Shown here: piece after piece, positions 53,366-61,900 of the stretch | Position numbering within the stretch: position 1 is the stretch's first letter | Layout: each line of letters begins with the position of its first letter | NCBI GenBank assembly: GCA_963752595.1 | Contig: CAVVYZ010000017.1 | Location: 64,001-128,000, forward strand | Length of the DNA stretch: 64,000 nucleotides | Source of the DNA: an uncultured delta proteobacterium | Lineage (GTDB): Bacteria; Desulfobacterota; Desulfomonilia; UBA1062 | Reading direction: 5' to 3' | The notes under the pieces: model-generated | The model's input: only the letters and a program-made list of their open reading frames with translations | Databases searched by the model: none | Told to the model about the DNA's origin: nothing | Position numbers and translations under genes: made by a program

Positions 53366-54283
53366 ATGAACGTATCTGATATCAGGCGTGTCCTCATCCT
53401 GGGAGCCGGCACCATGGGCCAGCAGATCGGATTCATGTGCCATGCACGGATATGATGTGGTGATTATGATATCTCCCAGGAGGCATCCTGGACAAGGCGC
53501 TAAGAGGATGAGAAAGCTCGGCTCCTGGTATCGTCTCCATCGGCCGGATCACCAGGAGCAGCTAGACGAGATACATGAAGAGGATTTCCGCCACCGCAGA
53601 TCCCGCAAGAGGCGGCCCGAGACGTTGATTTCATCAGCGAGTCCGTGCCGGAAGACCCGGAGATGAAGGGCAAGATATTCGCACAGTTCAACGAACTCTG
53701 CCCGGAGCGGACCATCTTCACCACCAATACCTCCATGCTCATCCCCTCCATGTTTGCCGAGGCAGACGGGAAGGCCTGATAAATTCTGCCGCCCTCCACT
53801 TCCACGACCTGCGGATACCAACGTCGTGGATGTCATGCCGCATCCCGGGACGGCACCGGAAGTGGTGGAGCTCGTCCATGATTTTGCCAGGAGCATCGGC
53901 CAGATCGTCATCATGCTCCACAGGGAAAACAACGGCTATGTTTTCAACACCATGCTTTCGAGCCTCTTCTTCTCGGCCCTGACGCTTGCATCGAAGAACG
54001 TAGCATCCATCGAAGACATCGACCGCTCCTGGATGGGGGTCATGCACACGCCCATCGGCCCCTTCGGCATCATGGACCAGGTAGGGCTGTCCACCGTCTG
54101 GACCATCACCGATTACTGGGCAAAAAGGACGCCGATAAGCAGGCCCAGGCGAATGCCGATTTTCTGAAAGGATACGTGGATAAGGGGCTCCTGGGCTTTA
54201 AGACCCGTGAAGGATTCTATACCTATCCGAACCCTGCATATGCCGATCCCGGGTTCCTTACCGGCGAGAGAAAAGCAAAATAA
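53366..54283 (+). CDS. 3-hydroxyacyl-CoA dehydrogenase family protein, several apparent frameshifts
   Basis: ILGAGTMGQQIG, ESVPE, TNTSML, GYVFN, GPFGIMDQVGL, LGFKTREGFY. Confidence 0.85.
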
Positions 54284-54619
54284 GAAAGAAGAGGGCCGGC
54301 TGCAGGCCATCTCATTTTAATACTCGCATTTCCTCATTTCTGGGGTAGCCAATTCACGAATAGCGGCCCATGAGTATAAATATCTCATAAAGGCCGGTCG
54401 TACTGTGAACAATTTATTCATTAATTCCTACTTCAGTATAAAAGGATGCAGAAGAGTTGTAAAATGACTTCCCAGGCGGTTCTAGGGGTGGTAATATATG
54501 GCAAAGATCTGCTAGCATTATACGGGTGACACGGGCAGCTGATAAGAAAATCCACCCGGTAGTGCAGATGGTCTCATGAAAGGCAAAGTACAAATACATG
54601 AACACCAAGGAGATGCACC

Positions 54620-55704
54620 ATGAATACACCTTATGATGACCTAATGAGGTTTTTTGGTACGGCTCTGTACAGTGGAACGCCTGAATGGGCTACACCGAAC
54701 TATGCGATCTATGAAGACGATGCTGTAGTACTGAGGAGATTCGACACGGATAGGACGGGTGATCCGATTATCATTGTTCCTCCTCAGGCAGGGCATCACT
54801 CCAGCATCGCCGATTATTCACCCGATCACAGTCTGGTAAAAACATGCCTGCAGGAGACAACGAAGCCTGTCTATGTGATCGAGTGGAAGGCAAGCACTCT
54901 CAAAAGAAAAAACGAGACCATTGACGATCTTGTGAAACAAACGATGGTCTGTGTGAAAAAGGCAGGCTCAGGTAGGCCGGTTACCCTTGCCGGGCTGTGC
55001 CAGGGAGGATGGCTCGCGACGATTTATGCAGCTTTATTCCCCTATGATGTCAAAGCCCTCATTCTTGCAGCCTCTCCCATAGACTTCACCGCGGGCGGTG
55101 GGAAAATACAGGACATCGTAAGCACCCTTCCTTTCTGGTACTATAAGTACATGGTAGACTGTCACGGCGGAAACATGTCCGGAGATGTCATGCTGATGGG
55201 CTGGAAAATCATGAACTCCTATGACAGATTCATTGGTGATTACCTGAATCTCTGGATCAACGTACAGGATGACAGCTTCCTGGAAAGAACGAGGAGATTC
55301 CGCCGCTGGTATGAATACACCCAGGATTTGTCCGGGAAATGGTACCTTGAGGTAGTGAAGGATCTTTTCATGGAAAACAAGCTGGTTATGGGTACCTTGA
55401 AGGTTCTCGGCGAATGCGTGGACCTCAAGAAGATTACCTGTCCCTTGGCATTACTGGCAGGGGAAAGGGATGATATTACGCTTACTCCGCAGGTTCATAA
55501 CATTGAATACTTTGCATCGACGCCCAAGGAAGATATTTTAAAGTGGTAATTCCCAAGGCCGGGCATATCTCTGTCTTCATGGGCAAGCGGGCTCTCCAGT
55601 ACGAGTGGCCCGAAGCGTTGAGCTTTATCGAGAGCGCAATGTCCCATGAAACGGGCACAGAGCCCTCACCTGATACCAGGGGATACAAGAAAAAAGCAGC
55701 CTGA
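54620..55704 (+). CDS. phaZ: Intracellular PHA depolymerase-like alpha/beta hydrolase, one apparent frameshift near 55540
   Basis: PPQAGH, Cys lipase box GLCQGG, SPIDF, GERDDIT, and GHISVF in the next frame; located in the PHA cluster. Confidence 0.75.
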
Positions 55705-55740
55705 AGACAAATAACGGGAAGGATTTAAAGCAGGGATTTG

Positions 55741-56217
55741 TTATTTCCTGCCTTTATCCTTCCCGCTTTGCTCCTGCGAAGCCCCACCGAAGAAGGACCG
55801 GAAAGATGACATATCCGAGAATGTCTTTCGGGCAATATTCGAGTAGTCGAGCTGCACATCAATCCATTTGCTGAATTGCTCGTCCGCTACTTTCTTGAAC
55901 TGGAGGTAGCTGTCGATGATCTGCTGCAGGTATTTCTCAAAAAATTCCTGCAGCACGGTTTCTCCATAGCGGATGATCAGATGGAGAAGTCCTGCCGGAA
56001 GCAGGGCATTCTTATTTCTGGCCTGCTCAAGGATAATCTGGGTAAGAATATATGCGGTCACATCTTCTTTCGTGTTTGCATCGATCACTTCGACCTCGAT
56101 GCCCTGCTTGATCATATCTGCAACCTCGTTTACGGTGATATACTTACTCCTGGCTGTATCGTATAACCGCCTGTTTCCATATTTTTTTAAAAGCAGCTTA
56201 TCCCTGTTTGCCGTCAT
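55741..56217 (-). CDS. phaR: Polyhydroxyalkanoate synthesis repressor PhaR
   Basis: KKYGNRRLYDT..SKYIT, DVTAYILTQII, LHLIIRYG. Confidence 0.92.
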   Translation of the reverse strand: MTANRDKLLLKKYGNRRLYDTARSKYITVNEVADMIKQGIEVEVIDANTKEDVTAYILTQIILEQARNKNALLPAGLLHLIIRYGETVLQEFFEKYLQQIIDSYLQFKKVADEQFSKWIDVQLDYSNIARKTFSDMSSFRSFFGGASQEQSGKDKGRK

Positions 56218-56343
56218 GGACGCCTCTATTCCCTCTGCATTGTGTCGCTGAGCATGTAATCTCCGGAAATGTGACTCCGGGCATCGTGAACATAAAAAAG
56301 AACATTATAATTATACATTAGATAGAGACGTACCATGAACGTA

Positions 56344-56358
56344 TGTTACCATGCAACA
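56344..56358. promoter_or_regulatory. Putative PhaR operator (phaR side)
   Basis: TGTTACCATGCAACA, an imperfect palindrome similar to the site at 56473. Confidence 0.45.
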
Positions 56359-56472
56359 AAAAAATCCTTTTAAGCCGCATTATAGATCGAAAAGCATGGC
56401 CAATCCAATTAAAAATATAATAAAATAACTAGGTAATAAATTAATCAGTCACATTTCATCAAAGTGAATAAA

Positions 56473-56524
56473 TTGTTGCATTGCAATAAATCAACCTTGA
56501 CAAAACAGCAGGTGATCCTATTAT
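56473..56524 (+). promoter_or_regulatory. Putative PhaR operator plus promoter of the phasin-like genes
   Basis: TTGTTGCATTGCAATAA palindrome (56473-56489), then TTGACA (56497), 16 bp, and TATTAT. Confidence 0.6.
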
Positions 56525-56570
56525 TGGATTGAGATTAACATTTCAGAAAAATATGAAGGGGGATTTGGAG

Positions 56571-56849
56571 ATGGATATGAGGACAATCATGTTACAGATG
56601 ATTGATTTGCAGAAGGCCTCCTTTGACAACGGATATGAAGCCATTGTCACGGTACAGGACCAGACAGAGAAAGCAGCCAATACCTTAATGGGTCAGGCGG
56701 CATGGCTTCCTTCAGAAAGCAGGGGCGTCCTGAAAGAGTGGTTCGGGATGCTTAAGAAAGGCAGAGAAGATTTCAAAAAGGTCTTTGATGAAGGATACGA
56801 TCATATAGGGGGATATATCAATTCAGCATCCGGCAGCTCTCTGCGCTAA
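56571..56849 (+). CDS. Small helical putative phasin, paralog 1
   Basis: Aligns without gaps to paralogs 2 and 3 (QKxxFDN...QxQxEK...W...KKGRxDFK); GGAG RBS. Confidence 0.7.
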   Translation: MDMRTIMLQMIDLQKASFDNGYEAIVTVQDQTEKAANTLMGQAAWLPSESRGVLKEWFGMLKKGREDFKKVFDEGYDHIGGYINSASGSSLR

Positions 56850-56889
56850 AGAGAATTTACATGAGTTCATAACGAAAAAGGAGGAAGAT

Positions 56890-57246
56890 ATGGACCAGAA
56901 AACAATGGTTAAGCAGGCGTTTGATTTTCAGAAGAATACCTTTGACAATTTCTATAGTAGTCTGGTGACTCTCCAGGACCAAGCGGAGAAATCCGTCAGC
57001 TTCTTCTTGGACAGAATGCCGTTGATGCCGGAAGAAAGCAAGAACGTGTTCATGGAGTGGAATAAAATATACAAGAAAGGCAGGGATGATTTCAAAAGGG
57101 CAATGAATGATGGATACGAGAAGATGGAGTCTTATTTCGTAACCACTGCCCAGGCAACTCAGCAGGCTGCGCAGCAGGCTACCAGATCTGCTACTGAGGC
57201 AGGAAAGAAGGCTTCCGAATCCAGCAGGCAGGAAGGTAAATCATAA
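56890..57246 (+). CDS. Small helical putative phasin, paralog 2 (Ala/Gln/Thr-rich tail)
   Basis: AAGGAGG RBS; same conserved core; followed by a terminator. Confidence 0.75.
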   Translation: MDQKTMVKQAFDFQKNTFDNFYSSLVTLQDQAEKSVSFFLDRMPLMPEESKNVFMEWNKIYKKGRDDFKRAMNDGYEKMESYFVTTAQATQQAAQQATRSATEAGKKASESSRQEGKS

Positions 57247-57280
57247 ACACGAAAAGATCAGCCCTTGCACCTACGGCTGT

Positions 57281-57323
57281 GAAAGCCTTTGCGTCCAAGA
57301 TAACTTGACGGCAAAGGCTTTTT
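57281..57323 (+). terminator. Intrinsic terminator after phasin-like paralog 2
   Basis: AAAGCCTTTGC...GCAAAGGCTTTTT hairpin. Confidence 0.8.
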
Positions 57324-57795
57324 GTACAGGTTACCGTGGTTGCCCGAGGAAAGGATGCAGGAGGCGATGATCCGTATTTGTACTATGATAGCGCCTGTGG
57401 CATATTATAGGTATTCGCGGGTTTCCCTCCTGAGGGACAGGGGATATGAACCGGGAAATGGCAATACTTCAGAGAAGTGTTTTTTATCCTTTGTCCCGCA
57501 ATGCCACATGCGGTGATTTGTCCGGACCCGGATGTTTTTTCACAAGGTTGTTTCTGATTCAATCAAGGACCGCATATCTTCACGCCGGCAAAAGATGAAA
57601 ATACCCTGCCATTAGGATTGTCGGTTCTTCATGATCCGTTATTATATAATGCAGGCGTGCTGTGAAGAAATCGCTGGAAACCTGGCAAGGATTGTCACAA
57701 AGATTCCTCCGATGATGCCTCGATTGTATCCCGGGACATCCGCAATAGGGGTAAGGAATGGCAATAAAAAATCTTTAGCATGAAGGTGGAGAATC

Positions 57796-58071
57796 ATGGA
57801 CCAGAAAGATTTGGTAAAACAGATGATTGATTTTCAGAAGACGTCGTTTGACAACAGTTTCAATGCCATGAAAATGGTTCAGGAACAGACGGAAAAAATT
57901 ACCGACACCTACGCAGGCCAGGCAAACTGGATCCCCGAGGACGGGAGAAAGCTTATCACCCAATGGATCGGTGCATACAAGAAAGGCCGGGATGACTTCA
58001 AGAAGGTTGTCGATGACAACTTCAAAAAGGTTGATGAGTATTTCAGCACAGGAGATAAGGCAAAGAAATAA
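57796..58071 (+). CDS. Small helical putative phasin, paralog 3
   Basis: Same conserved core; first gene of a unit with the 58105 hydrolase. Confidence 0.75.
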   Translation: MDQKDLVKQMIDFQKTSFDNSFNAMKMVQEQTEKITDTYAGQANWIPEDGRKLITQWIGAYKKGRDDFKKVVDDNFKKVDEYFSTGDKAKK

Positions 58072-58104
58072 CAAGACGATACGTCTTTTCTACGGTGGAA
58101 GCCG

Positions 58105-59685
58105 ATGATAGGTAGCTTGAACCATTTCCCCGAACAATATGGGGCTTTTGGGGAAGCTTCTTCGATGCTTGGTGATATCTTTCCAAAGCTATTCAGGGCT
58201 TATGCCGAGAGCGTAAAGGCCTCGCAGGTATATGGAGAAGGCGTGCAGAGGTATTTTCAGGACTTCAATGAAGCCTTTCTGATCGCGGTTGGTGATTTCG
58301 AATCAGTGGAAAGAAAAAATATCCTGAAGGCCCCTCCGGATGAAACCATGAGGGAATACGGCCAACTGCTCCTCATGAATCTCAAAGTTGCAGAAAAGGC
58401 GATGAGGGCCAGTGGTGCAACCGTAATGGAATACCATCTCCCGAAAGCCGGTGATGCTTTTGATGCCTGGTTGAATACCATATTCGGAAGGGAAGGGGAG
58501 GACATTGATGCCTTTTTCTCAGAGCAGGCTCGCCTTCTTGAACGGGTAGTGTACGAGTACCCCAAAGCTATCCGTGCAATCAGGGAAGAATACGGGTTCC
58601 ACTTTGACCGGAGCGGATATGTCAAAGCCGGGGAAACAGATAGATTCGATCTCTATCAGGTTTTGCCCACGCATAAGGACGTATCGGTGCGGAAGAATGG
58701 GAAGCCGGTCATCGTGGTCCCTCCGTTCGTTCTGGGTACGAATATCCTCGCCTTTCTCCCCGGCGATGACAAGAGTTATGTACACGCTTTTGCAAATCAT
58801 GGAATCCCCACGTACATCCGGGTTGCCAAGAATATTTGGACCACGCCTTCCTTTCAGGTGATGACCGGCGAGGATGATGCGAGGGATACAAAGCATTTCT
58901 GTGAAATCGTGAAGAAAAGGCATGGGAAAAATGTCACCCTCAACGGATACTGCCAGGGAGGATTTTCATCGCTGTGCAACATCCTCTCAGGCGAGCTTGA
59001 CGGTCTGGCCGACACCCTGATCACCTGCGTCTCTCCCATGGATGGGACCAGGAGCCCGGGGCTTGCCTCCTTTTTGAAATCATTGCCGCCCAGGTTCAAT
59101 GACCTTGCATACGGGACGAAGACTCTCCCGAACGGCAACAAGGTGGCGGATGGAAAGCTCATGGGATGGGTGTACAAGCTCAGGGCAATTGAAAACGAAT
59201 ACCCTCTGGTGGATTTTTACCGGGATATGGTGATGCTTTCCGCAGACGGAAGCTCAAAAGGTCGATTCAATAAGACAGCCCTGGCCATAAAATACTGGCT
59301 CGCCTATGAGCGGACCGACCTCCCTCTCCCCATCACGAAGATGAGTTTCAATTCTTATAATATCCCCATTACCAGGGACGGTACACTCCCGGTCCGCCTT
59401 TTCGACAGGAAGCTCAATCTCAAGGGCATCCCGGAAAAGGGGGTGAAGTGGCTCATAGCCTATGGGGAAAAGGATGATCTCGTGGAAAAGGAGACTGCTT
59501 TGGCGCCTCAGGATTATATCGAGGTGGAAACGACCGAGTTCCCGAAAGGACATCTCGCCATTGCAACGTCCTGGTCCAATCCCAAGACGGAATACGCTCT
59601 CGACAAGCGGTTCGGAAAGAATAACCAGCGCGGGCCGGTTCTGTTCCAACTGGAAATAGATCAACAGGCCAAAGGAGAAAAATAA
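58105..59685 (+). CDS. Atypical PhaC/PhaZ-like alpha/beta-fold protein with Cys lipase box
   Basis: KPVIVVPPFV, GYCQGG, SPMD, GEKDDLV and KGHLAI give a candidate Cys-Asp-His triad; long helical N-terminus. Confidence 0.7.
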   Translation: MIGSLNHFPEQYGAFGEASSMLGDIFPKLFRAYAESVKASQVYGEGVQRYFQDFNEAFLIAVGDFESVERKNILKAPPDETMREYGQLLLMNLKVAEKAMRASGATVMEYHLPKAGDAFDAWLNTIFGREGEDIDAFFSEQARLLERVVYEYPKAIRAIREEYGFHFDRSGYVKAGETDRFDLYQVLPTHKDVSVRKNGKPVIVVPPFVLGTNILAFLPGDDKSYVHAFANHGIPTYIRVAKNIWTTPSFQVMTGEDDARDTKHFCEIVKKRHGKNVTLNGYCQGGFSSLCNILSGELDGLADTLITCVSPMDGTRSPGLASFLKSLPPRFNDLAYGTKTLPNGNKVADGKLMGWVYKLRAIENEYPLVDFYRDMVMLSADGSSKGRFNKTALAIKYWLAYERTDLPLPITKMSFNSYNIPITRDGTLPVRLFDRKLNLKGIPEKGVKWLIAYGEKDDLVEKETALAPQDYIEVETTEFPKGHLAIATSWSNPKTEYALDKRFGKNNQRGPVLFQLEIDQQAKGEK

Positions 59686-60273
59686 TGGAAAAAAACCTCT
59701 TTGAACTCTGGGGGAACACCTTCTTGACTGCTGCAAGAGGACAGAAGCAGATGGAGGATACTGCCAAATGGATGAAAGGCGGATTCTGCGAAATCCCGGA
59801 CATGAGCGATATGCTGGGCAGCCTCACCGGAATCAACGCGATAATCTCAAGTTCCACGGAATACCTCAAGATCCTTAACATGGCGAGTGAAAACTTTCAT
59901 GAAATCATTCAAGGAATATTTGTCTATGATGGATCTTGTCCCCAAGAAAGACTACGATTCTCTTCTTGAAGAATTCGAAGGTCTCAAAAAACGCACCGAA
60001 GAAAAGAGCTCAAAGAAAGTCGATAAGCTCTTGAACGAAGAACTCTCTCTCCAGACACAGAGCTTGCGAAGCTTTGAAGAATTAATGAGAAATCAGACCA
60101 GGCAATTTCAGGATTTAATGACCAATTTTACGAAGTTCATCAGTCAGACGAAAACCCGCCCTTCCAAAGAGGGCTCGAGCGGACAGGAAGAAAAGAAGAG
60201 TGCCCCGGCCCGGAAAAGGCCCCCGGCTTCTTCGAGTAAAAGCCCATCAGGCGCTACGGGACCGAAGAAGTGA
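59685..60273 (+). CDS. Hypothetical coiled-coil protein with PhaE-like motif and basic tail, one apparent frameshift near 59900
   Basis: TAATG overlap with the 58105 gene. ORFs 59685 and 59887 join into one protein. Confidence 0.6.
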
Positions 60274-60325
60274 GGAAACAAACATATCCCATGGCCGAGA
60301 GGAAGCCTTAACGGGTAGGGGGAAT

Positions 60326-60754
60326 CTATTTCTTTTGTGCCTTGGGAGGGCTTACCAGTGCCTGGCCGTCAAGCACAACCTCACCGTTCTGGTTTGAGCA
60401 TGTAGTATTCAGGATTACCCGATTCTTCTCCGTATTAAGTTCCGATACCTCAACTCTGGCTGTAATGGTATCTCCGACGCGGACCGGAGCAAGGAAATTG
60501 AGTTCCTGTCGTATATAGATTGTCCCGGGCCCCGGAAGTTGCATTCCGATAGCAGCCGATATGAAGCCTGCCTGGAGGATTCCATGAGCGATGCGTGTCT
60601 TGAAAAAGGTGTTCTTGGCATACTCCTCATTGATATGGGCCGGATTGAGGTCGCCGGTGAGGCCGGCAAACAGGTAGATATCGGATTCCGAAATCGTTTT
60701 CGTAAACTCTGCAAAATCACCTGTCCGGATCTCGGTTATGGTTTTTCCGAGCAT
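60326..60754 (-). CDS. phaJ: MaoC-family (R)-specific enoyl-CoA hydratase
   Basis: FAGLTGDLNPAH, RIAHG, LPGPG, FLAPVRVGDT. Confidence 0.88.
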   Translation of the reverse strand: MLGKTITEIRTGDFAEFTKTISESDIYLFAGLTGDLNPAHINEEYAKNTFFKTRIAHGILQAGFISAAIGMQLPGPGTIYIRQELNFLAPVRVGDTITARVEVSELNTEKNRVILNTTCSNQNGEVVLDGQALVSPPKAQKK

Positions 60755-60847
60755 AAATCTCTCCTTTTTGTGTGACCAATCAACGTCCTCGTCACTCCAT
60801 AAGAAATGAAGTTATGATCAGCGGTTTGTTTCTGCTATAGACAGGGC

Positions 60848-61900
60848 TCAAAACCAGGAACGGTGGCTCCACATGTCTTCCTTGAGCTCTTTGAGATCCT
60901 CCTTGAGCATAAGTACACACGATGCATTCTGAATAGCCAAACCTCCCTGATGAGCAATGGCAGTGGCGAGCATTATTTCATCTTCGGAAAACTTTCTGGG
61001 GGAAGCGCTGTAGAGCCTTAAAACTCCGATAACCTCATCCATTGCCTTTATGGGAACACAAAGGATGGATGCGATCCCCTCCTCTTTTTTTTCTTTTTTA
61101 TACTGTACCCCGCCTGCCCGGGATGCATCTTCTATCAGTACAACCTTTCCTTTCAAGGCTTCGGCCATACTTTTCTCTGCAGAAACAGTACCCTTACTGA
61201 GGTATTTCTCACTCAGGCCGAAACTCGCTATCAGCTGCAACGTCTGTTTTTCATTATCGAGGAGTCGTACCGATGCAGCCTTTAATCCGAAGGCATTGGC
61301 CACGTTTTCGGTCAGGATCTCCATGATATTTTTAAGATCGAGATTTGAATTCATGCCTACTGCGAGATCGTGGAACAGCTCGGTATTCTTTCGGATCTGC
61401 TCTATGAGCCTGGAATGCTCGATAGCTATCCCGCCCTGTTCGGCCAGCGCGGTGAGGAAGCTTATTTCATTGTCTGAGAACCTTCTTGGATCAGAGGTGT
61501 ACAGCGAGAGAAGCCCGATTACCTCATTGTTGACCATGACAGGAACGATAAGGATTGATGCAACGCCTTCGGCCTTTTTGATATCATGATGCTGTACTCG
61601 TGCATCGGTGGTAGCATCATGGATAGCGATGTATCCCTTGCGAAGTATTTCTTTTGCTGCCCGCACGGCCTCTTTGGGCTCAATGTGCAGATAATTCTTC
61701 GATAAGCCTTTTTGAGCCAAAGGAAAGAAAAGCGGGCTCTTTGTGTCATTATCCTGCATAAAAAGACAGGCAGCCTTACCATCCATGGTTTCGATGGCGC
61801 TTTGGACGATCAGATCCAGCAATTCTTCCTTTTCAAGGGTGGTCCCGAAGGCCCTGCTCACCTTGCAGATCGTTAAAAAATAGCTTTCTTTTTCCGGCAT
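60848..61900 (-). CDS. Tandem GAF-domain protein without an output domain
   Basis: Two internal repeats: (K)GLSKNYL...EGVASILIVP...VIGLLSLY...PRRFSDNE and FGLSEKYL...EGIASILCVP...VIGVLRLY...PRKFSEDE. Confidence 0.85.
   Translation of the reverse strand: MPEKESYFLTICKVSRAFGTTLEKEELLDLIVQSAIETMDGKAACLFMQDNDTKSPLFFPLAQKGLSKNYLHIEPKEAVRAAKEILRKGYIAIHDATTDARVQHHDIKKAEGVASILIVPVMVNNEVIGLLSLYTSDPRRFSDNEISFLTALAEQGGIAIEHSRLIEQIRKNTELFHDLAVGMNSNLDLKNIMEILTENVANAFGLKAASVRLLDNEKQTLQLIASFGLSEKYLSKGTVSAEKSMAEALKGKVVLIEDASRAGGVQYKKEKKEEGIASILCVPIKAMDEVIGVLRLYSASPRKFSEDEIMLATAIAHQGGLAIQNASCVLMLKEDLKELKEDMWSHRSWF

Noticed and set aside
54499-54513. Sigma54 promoter upstream of the phaZ-like gene (TGGCAAAGATCTGCT)
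   Set aside because: GG-to-GC spacing is 9 nt, not the required 10. It would only hold if a base was lost in assembly.
57322-57516. 64-aa ORF after phasin-like paralog 2
   Set aside because: Starts with TTG inside the terminator T-tract and has no recognisable features.
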